Source: Podarcis tiliguerta (taxonomy: Eukaryota). Taken from it: a stretch of 64,000 bases of DNA. The position numbers and the translations under genes are program-made. Every line of letters begins with the position of its first letter. The first letter of the stretch is position 1. The notes beneath the pieces are model-generated. The model ran no database searches. It saw nothing but the letters and a program-made list of their open reading frames with translations, and was not told the DNA's origin. The stretch is taken from NCBI GenBank assembly GCA_965153285.1, contig OZ229115.1; one strand, 5' to 3'. Below are positions 48,691 to 61,967 of the stretch, one piece after another.

Positions 48691-51600
48691 TTCTGCCGCG
48701 GGCTCGGGGGGGACGCCGACTTTAATGAAAGTTCTGGGAGAGGATTCCGAGGGGGCGGCAGCGGCGGCAGCAGCAACAGCGGCGGGCACGTCCCGCCTTC
48801 CCTGGCCGGCTCCGCCCCGCCCGATCCCGCCCCGCTCGCTGATTGGGGCGATTTGTTTCCCCTACCCGCTCCCGCCCTGCCGCGCCGTGGGGCTCTGGGG
48901 AGGGGGCTGCGCAGAGCCCTGGTGGCGGCGGAGAGAGGCGGCTCCGCGGGACCCCAGAGGCGGCCCCCTTCCTCGCGCTCACAGTGTCAATAAATATCGT
49001 CGCCACCCACATGACAGGGAAAACATATACCTCGAAGGCATGCTCCGGCTTGGAGGCGCGCAGGCGCGCGCGCCCGGGCCGCAGGGGGCGCGGACGCACA
49101 AAAGAAGCGCGCGGAGCAAAACAGATGGCTGTGGCCACGCGCGTACTCCGAAGGGGCACAGGCGCAACGCGCGCTCGCTCGCTCTCTCTCAGACAGACAC
49201 ACACCGACGCAGAAAGCCGGCTGGGGGCACGTACATTTTCTCGTGGAAACATGTGCGATTCCCTTGGCACATAGATGCGCAATCAGGAAGACATCCGCGC
49301 AAGCGCCCCTCCCTCTTAGGGCACCTTGGACAGGCACGTCCCAGAGAAGACGCGCGCCCCCGAGGTGCTTTCGGTGGACCCCTCACAGCGGCTGTAGGTG
49401 CCTCATTCCAATCAAGCATCGGACGAAGCAGACAATAAACCTGTTAAGGCTTCAGGTTGCCCTCTAGGAAAGCCTCGTTGTCTTGGGCCCCTTCTTACCT
49501 GACAATCCCAGCGATGGTTCCCCAACCTCGGGGGGGCCGTGCCTTAGAAGCATCGTGTCTTCCCTGCCCTGCCCTGTCATCTCGGGCCCGCTCTCCCCAG
49601 AGTGCTCGATCTTCTTCTCCAGCCCAAGACCGAAGGCGCCCGGCTTGTTGCGTCTTGCAAGCAAAGGGATCGCATTGCTCAGCCTTGGTCAGACAAACGC
49701 GGGGCTCCCTTCTACGTACGAACTGTCCCAGGTGCTGTTAAGAGCCCACTTGAGGAGGGATGGAGCAGCCCCCCCCCTACCCTAGCCCCAGAGTCTGAAA
49801 CGCCCCCCCCCCCCGGTTAAATTGGTCCACAGATTTTGCTCGAGATTTGCGTGTTGCTACGTGGCAGCGATTCTTTGCTGCGCCAGGGAAGCGAGGGATT
49901 TTGCGCGCTGCCGCCCCCTGCCGGCCCACCCTGGGGTCTGCGGGTGGGGGCTTGGGGCAGGGAGCAAAACTGCCTCCATCCCGGGACGAAGATCGCAGCT
50001 TTGAGCCAAAGAGTCTGCTAATCGATCCAAACCAAACAAAAAAAAGTTCCCAGGGTCGACTTCCCTCTGACTCTCGGCGCCCACCTGCCAGCAACAATCG
50101 CCCTCTTAAGCCGCAGTAAGGTGCAACTGGCTGTGACAGTGTCCCCGAGAAGGCAACTAGGAAGTGTTTCGTGACGCTTCCCCGCCCGCCCCCCTCACCG
50201 CAAATGCAGATGCCATCATTGTACTGAAGTGGCATTTCTTTTATAGGACAGGCGCCACAAGTGCCAGTGAATAATGCAACGGATTCCACCAATCCTCCCT
50301 GTGACAGGTCGCTGGCGCTGCTCCACCTCGCGTCACGGGGGGGGGGGACCTGCTGACCAAGAGAGCGCCTGCTACTGACCTCTGCCTCTTCCCTCCCCCA
50401 CCACTGTCAGCATATCTCTTCCTTACATCAAGAGCACATTGGGAGAGGAGGAACACTACTTTCTGTCCGTCTGTTTTATCATGCAGAAGCTGTTTGAAGG
50501 CTCAGCTGTACAATTGTACCAGGGATGGACTTCAGAGGGAGACTCCAAAGAAGCCAACTCCTGCTTAGCCACTGGCTGTTTTGAGTTCATTGCTGCGTGT
50601 GCCTCTTGCACCTTATGCAGAGTATCTTCTGCTTTACACCTCTACTCACAAGGCTTAGTACAGGCTAGAACCCCAGCTTAAGTGTGTTGGGGAATTAGGA
50701 AAATCCACCTTTTTGCCACTTTATAATCACACAGTTGTCAGCACAGCAGAAGTATTACACAATATTGAAAGATACCTAATCTCTGTTTAGACAGATAACA
50801 TGCTTTCTAAGGGACATGTTCCAACACCCAGGTATGGCAGCAAGCAGTGCTTTTTTTGGTGTTAAAAAAATGAGGTGCCAGCACTCATATATTGAGACAA
50901 GCAAGACTGACCCGCCCATTAGCCTTGGTCAGAAAGCAGGCTGGGGACAGCTGGGAGGGGCAGCAGATCCAAACCTCTGAGGATTGCACCTCCTGTGCTT
51001 GTTTCCCATGTGCAGCCTGGGAAGACGCAGGGCTGCTGCCACCTCCTCCTTTCTGGCCTCCTTTTCTTTCTCCTCCACCTTTGGTGTTCCAGGGCTTACC
51101 TGGGCCTCCTTCAATTGCCTCAGGTTGAGGTGGGACATGGCAGCAGACGGTTGGCGGAGGAGGAGGAAGAGGAGCCTGCTGTGGCAGAGGTGCCATTTTC
51201 TGTTCTGCCTCAAGCGGCAAAATGTCTTGGGCCACCCCTGGATACAAGTGCTGTGGGTGCCAGCACAAAATGGCTGCCACGGGCAGCAAAGAAAGAGTAG
51301 TGTCGGGCTGCGAGGGGGGGAGAGGGAGCCCTGGCACTGCTGGCAGTAAGTTTGTGCATGTGAGAACATACGTGTTGAGGTTTGAAAACTCTCTCTGTGT
51401 TTGTTGACCCAGGTAATGGGACTGCTGAGCAGGCAAAGGGCCTTTAACTCTGCCCTTCTGGGCAAGAAGCATGAAAGTAAAAGTTATGACTGAGCTTGTG
51501 GTTTCTGAATAAATGGATAAGCATGCACAAGCTGCATGCAGAAACTTGTACCGGCTGCTTATTTACATATCTCCCATCTCTGAGATAAATAAAAGAGTAG

Positions 51601-51894
51601 GGCTTGCACACAAGCAGGCTTTTTACCCGTTATCTAAGAGGAAATTAAGGAAGAGGGAGCAGCATACATTTCAGTTTATCATGGAAACCACCAGAAATCC
51701 CTCCCTCCCTCATAAGCAGGTATTTGGGGTGATGAACTTTTCCCAATCACCTTTTTTCAGTACAACTGATCTTTATCTCTCACTTTTTTCCTGAAGATGG
51801 TATTTGCAGAAAGTGAAAGCATTTTACTGGGTATGGGTTTAGTGGGTATGGGGGTGTGGGTCCTTTGGCCTCCAGACCTGATAGTGGTAGGGAG

Positions 51895-52014
51895 CACTGG
51901 TATAGCCAGGGAGGCAGGGAGGGTCAACTGCCCCCCAATCAATAAACTTCAATCAAAATACACAGCAAACTGAGGTTCTGCCCCCCCCCCATAAAAATCC
52001 TGGCTATGCCCATG
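51895..52014. mobile_element. Short hAT-type MITE, 120 bp
   Basis: Perfect TSD GTAGGGAG; ends ...TAGCCAGG / CCTGGCTATGCCCATG; homologous (inverted) to 62472-62597. Confidence 0.8.
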
Positions 52015-52592
52015 GTAGGGAGCCTTCACACATGAGTGGCCCCCACTGTTTCCATTGCTCAGCATCAAGCCCACATTCCTGATCAGCTCCCACATCAGTG
52101 CCTATTTCATAATACCTTCCCCTGCATTCTTAGAACAGAACGTTACAATCCACTGCTTCTTGAATATGATCTACTGCTTTCCTTTGGGATAGCAGTAGAT
52201 CATATTTAAGAAGTTTGTTTACCTCACATGTTGGCAGATTTCTACCTCTTCCCAAAGGATCCCCAAAGAGTTGCTTAAAGCTTGCACACCTCACACTGCA
52301 GCACAAATAATGGAGCCCCTTGGCTCCTGAACAACTAATAGGATATATAATGACTGTTTGTATGAGTGCGGAAGATTAGATCTTTATCTCAGGAAACTGT
52401 TGAAGCAGGTGCTTGGTACATATTAGCAGGATTGGCAATCAGAAGCATTTGGCAAAGAAATAGGAACAAACATTGCAGCGCTTCAGGTTATGCCATACAC
52501 TTGAAGTTCTTTAGAAGGCAAGATTAAAGGCTCAGGATATCTCCACATGATGACCAACAAGGGATCTGTGTGATCATTTAACTAAGCACACT

Positions 52593-52973
52593 AGGTAAAG
52601 GTAAAGGACCCCTGGACAGTTATGTCCAGTCAAAGGTGACTATGGGGTGTGGCACTCATCTTGCTTTCAGGCCGAGGCTTTTGTCTGCAGCCTTTTGTCT
52701 GCAGACAGCTTTCCGGGTCATGTGGCCAGCATGACTAAACCACTTCTGGCACAAAGGAACACTGTGATGAAAGCCAGAGTGCACAGAAACGTTTACCTTC
52801 CTGCCGCACCAGTACCTATTTACCTACTTGCACTGGTGTGCTTTCAAATTGCTAAGTTGGCAGAAGCTGGGACAGAGCAACGGGAGCTCACCCCATTGCA
52901 TTTGAGCTGCCAACCTTCTGACTGGCAGGCCCAAGAGGCTCAGTGGTTTAGACCATAGTGCCACCTATATCCC
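52593..52973 (-). mobile_element. Sauria-type SINE, near full length
   Basis: (ACCTTT)n tail read as aggtaaaggtaaagg; core gggtcatgtggccagcatgactaa; tRNA-like head at the right end. Confidence 0.85.
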
Positions 52974-52980
52974 TTTACCT

Positions 52981-53241
52981 CAGGGGTCAGCAACCTTTTT
53001 CAGCCATGGGCTAGTCCATCATCCCTCAGACCATGTGGTGTGCCAGACTAAATTTTTTTTTGGGGGGGGAATGAATGAATTCCTATGCCCCACAAATAAC
53101 CCAGAGATGCATTTTAAATAAAAGGACACATTCTACTCATGTAAAAACATGCTGATTCCTGGACTGTCTGTGGGCTGGATTGAGAAGGCGATTGGGCCGC
53201 ATCTGGCCCCTGGGCTTTACCTGCTTACCTGCCTACCCCTG
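52981..53241. mobile_element. Non-autonomous hAT element, 261 bp
   Basis: Ends CAGGGGTCAGCA / TGCCTACCCCTG; perfect 8-bp TSD CTTTACCT. Confidence 0.85.
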
Positions 53242-54126
53242 CTTTACCTATTTACCCTTTACCTTTACCTATGCACTCTAGGCAATGCTAACTTGAAATA
53301 TCCTGTCCTCATATGTTATTTTTTATGGTGGGGCTGGGGGAGTGGAATTAACCATTCTGCTGTGAATGTCCTTCTTAGTTTCTTTTTTTAAAAAAATAAT
53401 AACATACATAGCTGAAGGGGAGGGAGCAGTAAAAACAAAAATGTAAGAGTGAGAAGAAGAAAAACTTTTCACAAGGCAGCAGGGCATTCCTGCAGGGGAG
53501 GAGACATGCATGAATGGGCATCAGTGATGTCCAGAAGGCCAGCTAATAGATGTATATGTCAGTAGCATAACCGTAACATATCCATGACATTCCAAACAGA
53601 TGCAAAAGTGCTAGTAGTAGATGGGGCTGGAATAGCATTTTTTTCTAATGGAGGAAAAAATGCAGCTTGTTGCCTAAAATGTGTGCTTTCCTTTAAAGGA
53701 CATGACATTTCAGGAGGGAGATTCCGTTTCCCCCAATTTCCCTGCAGTGAGTACACAAGCTGGAGGAAAGACTTGGGATCCAGTTCATCAATTGCAACCT
53801 GCATTTGTACTGCTCAGTAGAACAGAATTGTTCAGAATGGTCCTCATCTGAACTACTTTGTTCCAGCTGAATGACACTGCTCCTTGCAAGGTATGAGCAA
53901 CATTTGTGAAGGGAGATGGAGAAGTCTGGAACTGTTTCCTCTGGAAATGAAAAGAGCAGGACGAGAAGATTAAGAGAAGGAAAGGTGGAGGGTGTGTGTG
54001 TGGAGAAAACCTTGCACTGTTTTTTGGGGTGTCCATTCTCCTCCCCACCTCACATAAGGCAGGAACAGAACTACTGTATATAGAATATCACCAACATACT
54101 TTCACCACCAAAATAAACCACCAATA

Positions 54127-54444
54127 GTAAAAGGTAAAGGGACCCCTGACCATTAGGTCCAGTCGTGACCAACTCTGGGGTTGCGGCGCTCATCTCGCTT
54201 TATTGGCCGAGGGAGCCGGCGTACAGCTTCTGGGTCATGTGGCCAGCATGACTAAGCTGCTTCTGGCAAACCAAAGCAGCACATGGAAACGCCGTTTAAT
54301 TTTGCACCGGAGCGGTACCTATTTATTTACTTGCACTTTGACGTGCTTTCGAACTGCTAGGTTGGCAGGAGCAGGGACCGAGCAATGGGAGCTCACCCCA
54401 AGTCCTAGGCTCTGTGGTTTAACCCACAGCACTACCCACGTCCC
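54127..54444 (-). mobile_element. Sauria-type SINE with an internal deletion in the B-box region
   Basis: Head GGGACGTGGGTAGTGCTGTGGGTTAAACCACAGAGCCTAGG, conserved core, ACCTTT tail. Confidence 0.88.
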
Positions 54445-55744
54445 ATGCATTCCAAAATTATCCACCACATTTGCAGGTGGGAAAATGGAAGGAGGTTTCA
54501 CTGAATATTCTACGGGGGGGGGGGTGAATTCTCCAACAGTTTAGGGGGAGAGGGACCCCAAAAATAAAATTGACAACATTTCACAGAAAATGCTATTTCA
54601 AGAACTTTTGTCTCAGGTAATACTGAATGGAACTACTGTTAGTCCATGTGGTTGGAAGAAACAATAGGATAAGAGAGAAGGTTTGGAAGGAATACAGTCC
54701 ACACCCGTTGCTTCCATCAACAATATTACAATTATATTAAAACTGCATGCAAAACATTTCACCTTATTTGTGAATGCTGGAATTGGAGGAGGGGATTTCA
54801 CTGAATATTCTCCAGGGTCCTGCTGTGATTTCTCCAAAAATGTAATTATCAGTAAGTTTACCTGTAAATTCTTTCCTGACATTCTATGTTCCAGTTCTAA
54901 AACTTCCACACATCTCATGAAATAGGACCTTGTCACTAAAAGCATATGCCAAAATGAAGTTGCTAAGCATTTACAGTGCCACAGAACTGTTGCTTTTGTT
55001 CCTTAATACAGTGCTAGGAAGATAAGGCAAAATACATATAGCCAGACAGTAAAAATAATTCTTGTAGCATCACCTAAGTAGACCAGGTGAGCAGAGCAGG
55101 TGCATTGAGCTTTGTAGGACTTAGCAGGGTGACCAGAGGAGTGTTAATTGCCATCAGTTAAATCCTGCTGTGGGAGATTGGGGACTGTTTCTCACTTATG
55201 GTTGCAGACGAGTTTCTTGGGTATCTATTGCATGCCTTGTGATGAATGCTGCACTGTTTGAAAGGATACATATTTGTATACACACATCCCTCCTTCAGAT
55301 GCTTTCATATTCACCACTGGACATGCAGTACACGGTCAGTCAGACAGGCAGCTGGACAAATGCCTGAATGACAGCAGGGTCAAGGACAGTTTAGGGTACT
55401 GTTAAAGGGCATCATGTTATCCCTAATTTGTTTTTTGTTTCAACCATTAAAGCACACACACAGAAGGAACAGTAGCAGTGCTAGCAGAGGAAAGAGTTCT
55501 TTTAAGACACTGTCGTCACTATCCCTACTTTCCAAAATGCTGATTGACAGGGACAAGATGTGGTGTTTAAGGAACAGCAATCGTGGGTCACTCGTAAAGT
55601 ACTAGATGATGCATATTGATATGGCTGGGCTTTACTTATTATTTGACAGGTCTTGCTATACAAATGAGGTTGACCTTTACATCTTTGCTCCTGGTGAAAT
55701 TTGTTTAATTTTCTTTGCAGCACACTCCCAAATTAAGGTTAAGC

Positions 55745-55790
<46 letters not shown>
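55745..55790. repeat. (GTT)n microsatellite, ~15 units
   Basis: Direct reading. Confidence 0.97.
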
Positions 55791-58700
55791 GATGATGAAA
55801 GAAGAACTACATATTTCTCTTGGCATTCTCTAAGCTTGGAGACAGCTGCAATATCTCAGTGTGTAATACTGAGCAATTAGGTAGAATACTCTCTGAAACA
55901 TGTTCCCGCCTATCTCTATAAATAAAAAGGACCAGAAGCTTACTTTTTCCCCAGATTAAAGAAGGGGCCTGGAACACAGGGTGGCAAATTACATAAGACT
56001 GCTAGTGTATGCCCCTGCTCCCATAACTATGGTCCTTAACTAGGAATTAACAATTGTTTTAAAGCAACAACAACAGCAACAACAGTTTTTCATTATCAGG
56101 GTGTGTAATTCTGTGTCCCTCCACCATAAATACTTAAGAAGTACCTTCTTATATATTGTTTTTCAAGCCACTCCCACCAGGTAAATGGCCATTTCTTGGA
56201 AATAAACCTAGCTGTAGTCCTATGAGGATAAAATAGCAAACATACCAAACAAGACAAGCAGAGACTGGAGCAGGAAAGGAGAGTAAGTCTCACTGAAGGA
56301 CAAAAGGCAGAAAGGTCCAGAAGGCAGGCAGCAGGGAGAGGGCAGAGAGAGAGTGCTTTGGGGAAGTGGGAAAAGTGTATTGGGGCACTCAGACAGGATG
56401 ATGGGTAGATTAAAATAAAGGTTCAAGGATTTATTGCATGTAGCAAGCTGCTTGCATTCAACCCGTCGTTATGAGCACCAGCCAGAGAGTGTCATTTAAG
56501 TGTCATTCATATTCCAATTTTCTATTTTAAAAAAAGCTTTAAAACTGTAAAAATAATGCAGCCAAGAAGTTACAAGAACAATACGTAGAAGAATAACATC
56601 GCTAAAATCACATAACAAAATAAAAGCAGCAGCCCACAAAACGTAGCAGGTGATCAGACATTGAAAGGTTCTTGTAATAAGAGAGTTTTTTCTGCATACC
56701 TTTTAAAGCATAAAGAGAGGGGTCCCAGTGGGTCCAAAGATTGATGCTACCACTTAAAAGGCCCTGTCTCTTGTACTGATATGACACTGAGCATTCAGGG
56801 AAAGCATTGTGTAAATTCTAATCATTATATTATAACTAAGATGGGAAGGTCCTGTGCTTTACAGCTGCAGCTGAGCACCATGACTAAATTAAGATTTTAA
56901 TTGGGGGTTTCCAGTTTACAGCCAAACACTTATATGCTATAAATTATTCACTTTAAAAAGAGGCCAAAAAACCAACTCGCACCACTTGGGTCCTGTCTTT
57001 GAGAAAGGAAATGAGATATGTTTCACCTGTGCCTTACCATTTATAACTCTATCTTTCTGAGCTGGTATCACAATATTGTTCAAGTTTCTATGAACCCTGC
57101 TATCCACTCTTGCACCAAAGAAACACATTTGCCATATAAAGCAGGAAGGAACTCAAACAGCACAGCTGTGTACATGTCTTCTCTGTTTTCCCCAATGGGA
57201 TTTACTCCCAGGTAAGTGTGCATAATATTGCAGCCTAAATGTCATTTGCCCCTGAGTAGTTCTGAACATATTTCATCTCAGGCCTGTTGGTTTAGACTGT
57301 GTTCCTTGTGAGTGGGTGGTATCTTATTTATTTGTTTGAAAAACCCTTCCTATCTCACCTTTCAGGAAAAAGAAAACTTCCAAATCCACTAGCAGCAGTC
57401 ATGACAATCAGTTTGAAACAGTTTCCCTGCCGGGGGGGGAAGTATAAATAAATACTAATAAGAATATCAAATACTTTAAATAAAATATGAATTTAAAAAT
57501 GTAAGATGGAAGTGTGAAGTCACTGTATAAAAAGTATTTCATTTGTTTTGTCGCTCTCTAATTTTGCAGTAAGGAGGACCTGATTCACTTGATAAGATTA
57601 AAGGGCTCAGCTTGCTAAACGATCATATGGAAGGCCTGAACTTCGCTTTTCGTCTTCCCATTCCGCCAGAGGAAGGGCACCGTGAGGTTTCTACACTCTT
57701 GCAATTCAACCCAATAAAAGTACTTGTCTTACCTCCTCTAATTATAGCATTCTCGGGATCCCGCCCCTCGTTTCTGGTCTCCCCTTGGCTGGCACTCTCC
57801 TGCACAAACAGCCCAAACCTGGAGAGCTCAAGGTTTCTCCCACACCAATTGCCCATACGTCTTCCATCGGCAGGCCTGTCACAGCAATGATCTCCAGGCC
57901 GCATCTCGCCCTGCCTGCTGCTGAGGCTGCACAGACAGAGCTGAGCGCTACCCTCTGGAAACGACAGCCGGTGCAGAGACAGCCATGGCACACTCTCTGC
58001 TGCAAGCACAATGCCCAGGAGCACTGCCATGTGTCTGCCTTCCCAGCAAAAGGACTGCAAGCCCATCCTCCCTGGGATGACAATTGCCTCTATATCTCAG
58101 GAGAGAGCCTGAGTGCTGTGTGTTTGCCACTGGGTGTGCATGTGCTTGCCATAACAATGAGTGCTGCGGGAGGGGAAAGGTTTGCAACTAAGCAGGGCAC
58201 GATTTCCTCTTCAGATCCTGTAGAATAGAACATAAACCCTACTGAACACTACTGAAGCCGCCTGCCTTGTTGAGGGAGCCGCATGCTCCCAGCGAACATG
58301 GACAGCAGAGCTCCAGACTGTAATGGAAAACCATATACAGAAATCTGTATGTGTGTCTAACAAGGAAATATCTGTTTTAGCCTGGTCAAACTCTCCTTGT
58401 GCATCCATCTCTCTCTCTCTCTCCCTCCCCAGAGACATTTGGATGCTAGGGATCAACAGCCCACAGAGCTATGTCAGATTTCTAAAGGAGTGGTGCAGAT
58501 GTAATCTTGTCTTTCACAGAGCCTGCAGGGTGCAGGTTCAGACTTCCCGCTGATGAGGCTTTCATTACTCCCAGCTCCACTTGATGGATTTCCTCCTGTA
58601 GAGCGTTCAGGATACAGGCCATGCTGGCTGGCAAAACTAAGAGATTTTGCAGGGCCAATGCTTTCATGGCAGGAGATGCTTGTGCGTAGTAAATGCAGTG

Positions 58701-59106
58701 TGTGGAAATAGTGGCTGCCATATACCAGGACATATTTGTTGCTGTATTCAGCACAAAAAAGCCCACTGTTAATGTGTCCATTTGTGAAGAGGGGCAGCAT
58801 ATTGAAAGGAAAGGACACGGTAGGCTAGCATGCCCTGCCAACTCCCACTTGTGTCTCCATTATGTCGTGGGGATATGGAACAAAGAAAGAATTGATGCCC
58901 TCTGAGTCATAGCCCTTCACACATGCTACTTGCCTCATTGTCTATTAGTTCCTGCACTTCTGTTCTGTTTTGTTTGGGGATGTGTCTTCTTTTATGCTGC
59001 TAAGATGATGATGAATGCAACTCAGCCACAACATTTCCCAGAAAAGCAGTCACTACTGCAGTGTCATTGCTGTCTCTTCTAATATTACCAGAGAAGCCGC
59101 TTGTTG

Positions 59107-59120
59107 GTTGCCTAGGAAAC
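59107..59120. promoter_or_regulatory. RFX X-box-like site GTTGCCTAGGAAAC
   Basis: Near-consensus 14-bp imperfect palindrome in apparently unique sequence. Confidence 0.45.
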
Positions 59121-61599
59121 GAGGTAGAAGATTTGGTCCTTAGGATGGATCAATTGTTGCCACCTGAAAGGAGAGGTTTCAGAAAAACAAAGGGGGCAGA
59201 CAGAATAATGTCTGAGGTAAGGAACTTCAGTAGATAATTTTCTGTAATGAGTAAGCTCAAAAATCTCTCAGTGCACCTGAGGAAATTGGAGGCTTCCAAT
59301 TGATGACCACAGGGCAGTTCTGATAGTTTTGTACAAGGCTGGATTAGCCCCACAGGGCTGGCAATGGCACCTGACTCTGCCTTGTATTCTTTTCCACTTC
59401 CTTCTTCACAACTGAGATATGATAATAATACTCAATTTTTAAACTCAATAATGTATCGGTAGGGCTATCTCTATTCTACATTCTCCCACTCATTGCCCCA
59501 GTTTGTCATGAGGCGTGAGGGTGGCAATGGTGTCATGTGGGTTGTCAGCACCCAGGGCAAGGTAAGGATCCTCAGCACTGCCCACCAGTAATATGGAACA
59601 ATGGGGCAATAGCTTAGCGGCCTAACCGAGTGGCAACCACGGTGCCCCATGAGTGTCGAGCACAGCAGAGAGTGGGACAGAGGATTGGTTAGGAGCGGGT
59701 ATCTTTCTAAAGCCCATGCAGAGGGTGCCTTAGGAACTGGCCATCGCTCAAATCTGCTCCTCCATCTTCCAAGCAAACATTGGGAGATGTTCTGTGTGAG
59801 GGGGAGGGTGCACTATTTTAAATTTATTATTTCTACTTTCTCTTTTTTTCTTTTGAAATTTTGCACCCCTAAGAATTTGGCACCCAGGCAACTGCTACGT
59901 CACTGAAGAGTAGTTACCTTTTTCTCCCTTGAAAGGGAGAAATTGGAATAGGGACATTCTTTTTCATTTCTTCTTTCAGCTCTATGGGCTTTTCAAGGTA
60001 CAGATTCATTCTACTATATTTCAGGCAGGGGTCCTGATCCGGGGGAGGGAGCGGAATGGAGAAGTGACCAAATGAGTCACCTACGACTCCTTTTCAAAAA
60101 TCAAAATTTGCTCCTGAACCTAGAAGGTTGGTGACCCCGGATTTGTAACCAGTATTGATACTGCTAAACCCTCTCACACACTGCTTACTTGCCAGTATGA
60201 ACTGGAAACCTGTGGCCAGCACCTGCTGCATTCTCAGGATGTTTTCACGGTTGCTGCAACGTGAAGCTGACAATCTAGAAGACTTGGACAGTATTGCTGG
60301 CAAGCAGAATAAGGCTTGCAAAATAAGGACGCAAACCCGTCTTTGTAACCTTTTTGTGCTGTGTGCCTGAAATGATACATGTAACAAGAGGCAGGGATTC
60401 CTTCCCCCTTCCCCTTCAGAACACCAGAAATGTGTCGCTTTGATCCGTGCTGCAATGCTGACAAACCTGCACAGCAAAAATGTAAGCTTGTGTGTTGACT
60501 CTATAAAGCAGAGTTAAAACATTGGAAGCATTCTGCTAACATTCTGTTTCGTGTTTGTATTGATCAGGCTTTTTGAAAAATCACAAAGACTGGGCATTTA
60601 CATGGCTCCTTACCGCATTAGAAGCAGAAGCATGAACACGCTCACTGCTAAAAAGGGAAGTCTTTACCAATGGGCTCTGCCTGTCATTCTGTTTCACTTT
60701 GTTTCCAAATTCTGCAGCTCTTCAATGTTGTCATATTGATATATATGTGAAAATACAAACATGGTGACACAACTTGTGACCACCCAAACCTTCCAGCTGG
60801 TCTGTATTGATTCTTTTTGCACTTCCTTTCAACACAGATGCAGAGACTACACATAGTAAAAGGAAAATACAGAATTACACTTTAAGTTGTCAAAAAATTG
60901 GGTTGGATATGGGTTCCACCCTTAGACTGTTCTTGTAGCTACTTCCATTTTCTGATTCAAATCTGCTTAGAAACAAAGCAAGCAACTGAGTGATGAGGAA
61001 ATCTGTGTCACACAATTAGAAAATTGCTTCATTCCCAATCAGTGCATGTCCCATAGCTTTCTGCTGAAATTCTGTAAATTTTTGTACCATAAATGTTCTG
61101 GTTTATTTTTTACCCCACTTCTGTTTATTTATTAAATTTGTATACCACCTTTCTGTTGTGCTGTGATATAAGAGTGCCCCTCCAGAAAACAATAATATGT
61201 AAACATTGGGGAAGCATTGCCAAACACCTAAGAAAGCAGAATGATGTATGGATGGTCCAGGATAAATCCACCACTGATGCCCTACTATTGCATCAATGGC
61301 ATGTTGCAGAATATGCCATAAAGAAACACCAGTTTCCAGTGGCCCTGTGATGGACAGATACCCTCTCAGGCCAGATCAGTTGTCGGCTTCTGTGAAGGGG
61401 TGTTATCCAGGGGTGGGGGAAGGAAAGCTCATAGTTATGGGGGGGAGAGAGAGAGAGAAATATGTTCAGGTTGTGAATTTAAGGCTCATCCACACTTTTG
61501 CTTGACCCATATTTTGATCATATTGTGTACCAATTAATTCCCCCATCTCTGCAAGCTTTTCTCGTTGTTCCACAACTGTGCCTTGTGAAACCCCAGTCA

Positions 61600-61818
61600 T
61601 ATTTATTGCATTTATTGATTGCATTATACACCACCTTTTCCCCCAAAAAGCTCAAGGTGGCATACATGGTTCTCCCCCTCCTCATTTAATCCCCACAACA
61701 ACACTGTGAGGTAGGTTAGGCTGAGAGGCAGTGACTGGCCCAAGTTTCATGACCAAGTGGGGATTTGAACCCTGGTCTCCCCCCTAGTCTGACATTCTAA
61801 CCACTATACCACCCTGGC
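61600..61818 (-). mobile_element. tRNA-derived (MIR/L2-related) SINE, second copy
   Basis: Clear similarity to 5930-6105; B-box GGTTCAAATCC on the minus strand. Confidence 0.7.
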
Positions 61819-61967
61819 CTGCACAGTTGAGCCAAATCTCTCTACTGATTTTCTGTGCATCTGATAAGATCCAATTCAGCAGGCAAGATAGGATTTTCTC
61901 AAGGAACCAGCCATGAAACAATGAGGAAAGCTCTCAGACTCAGGGGAATTAATGGGTATTCAGTATA

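Larger units (their letters stand above)
47900..50350. promoter_or_regulatory. CpG island / main SLC6A9 promoter
   Basis: Very high GC and CpG density against CpG-depleted flanks; clustered GGGCGG boxes at 48812-48833; CCAAT (minus) at 48842-48846; TATA-like CATTAAA near 48721-48727. Confidence 0.9.

Noticed and set aside
47944-49438. Long ORFs (349 aa, 387 aa and overlapping ones)
   Set aside because: They lie in the CpG island where stop codons are rare; low-complexity Arg/Pro/Ala/Gly content, open on both strands, no recognisable domain.
60094-60477. Cys-containing ORFs suggestive of a TNFR-like repeat (GYKDGFASLFCKPYSAC)
   Set aside because: Cysteine spacing does not fit, the frame terminates and no supporting exons were found.
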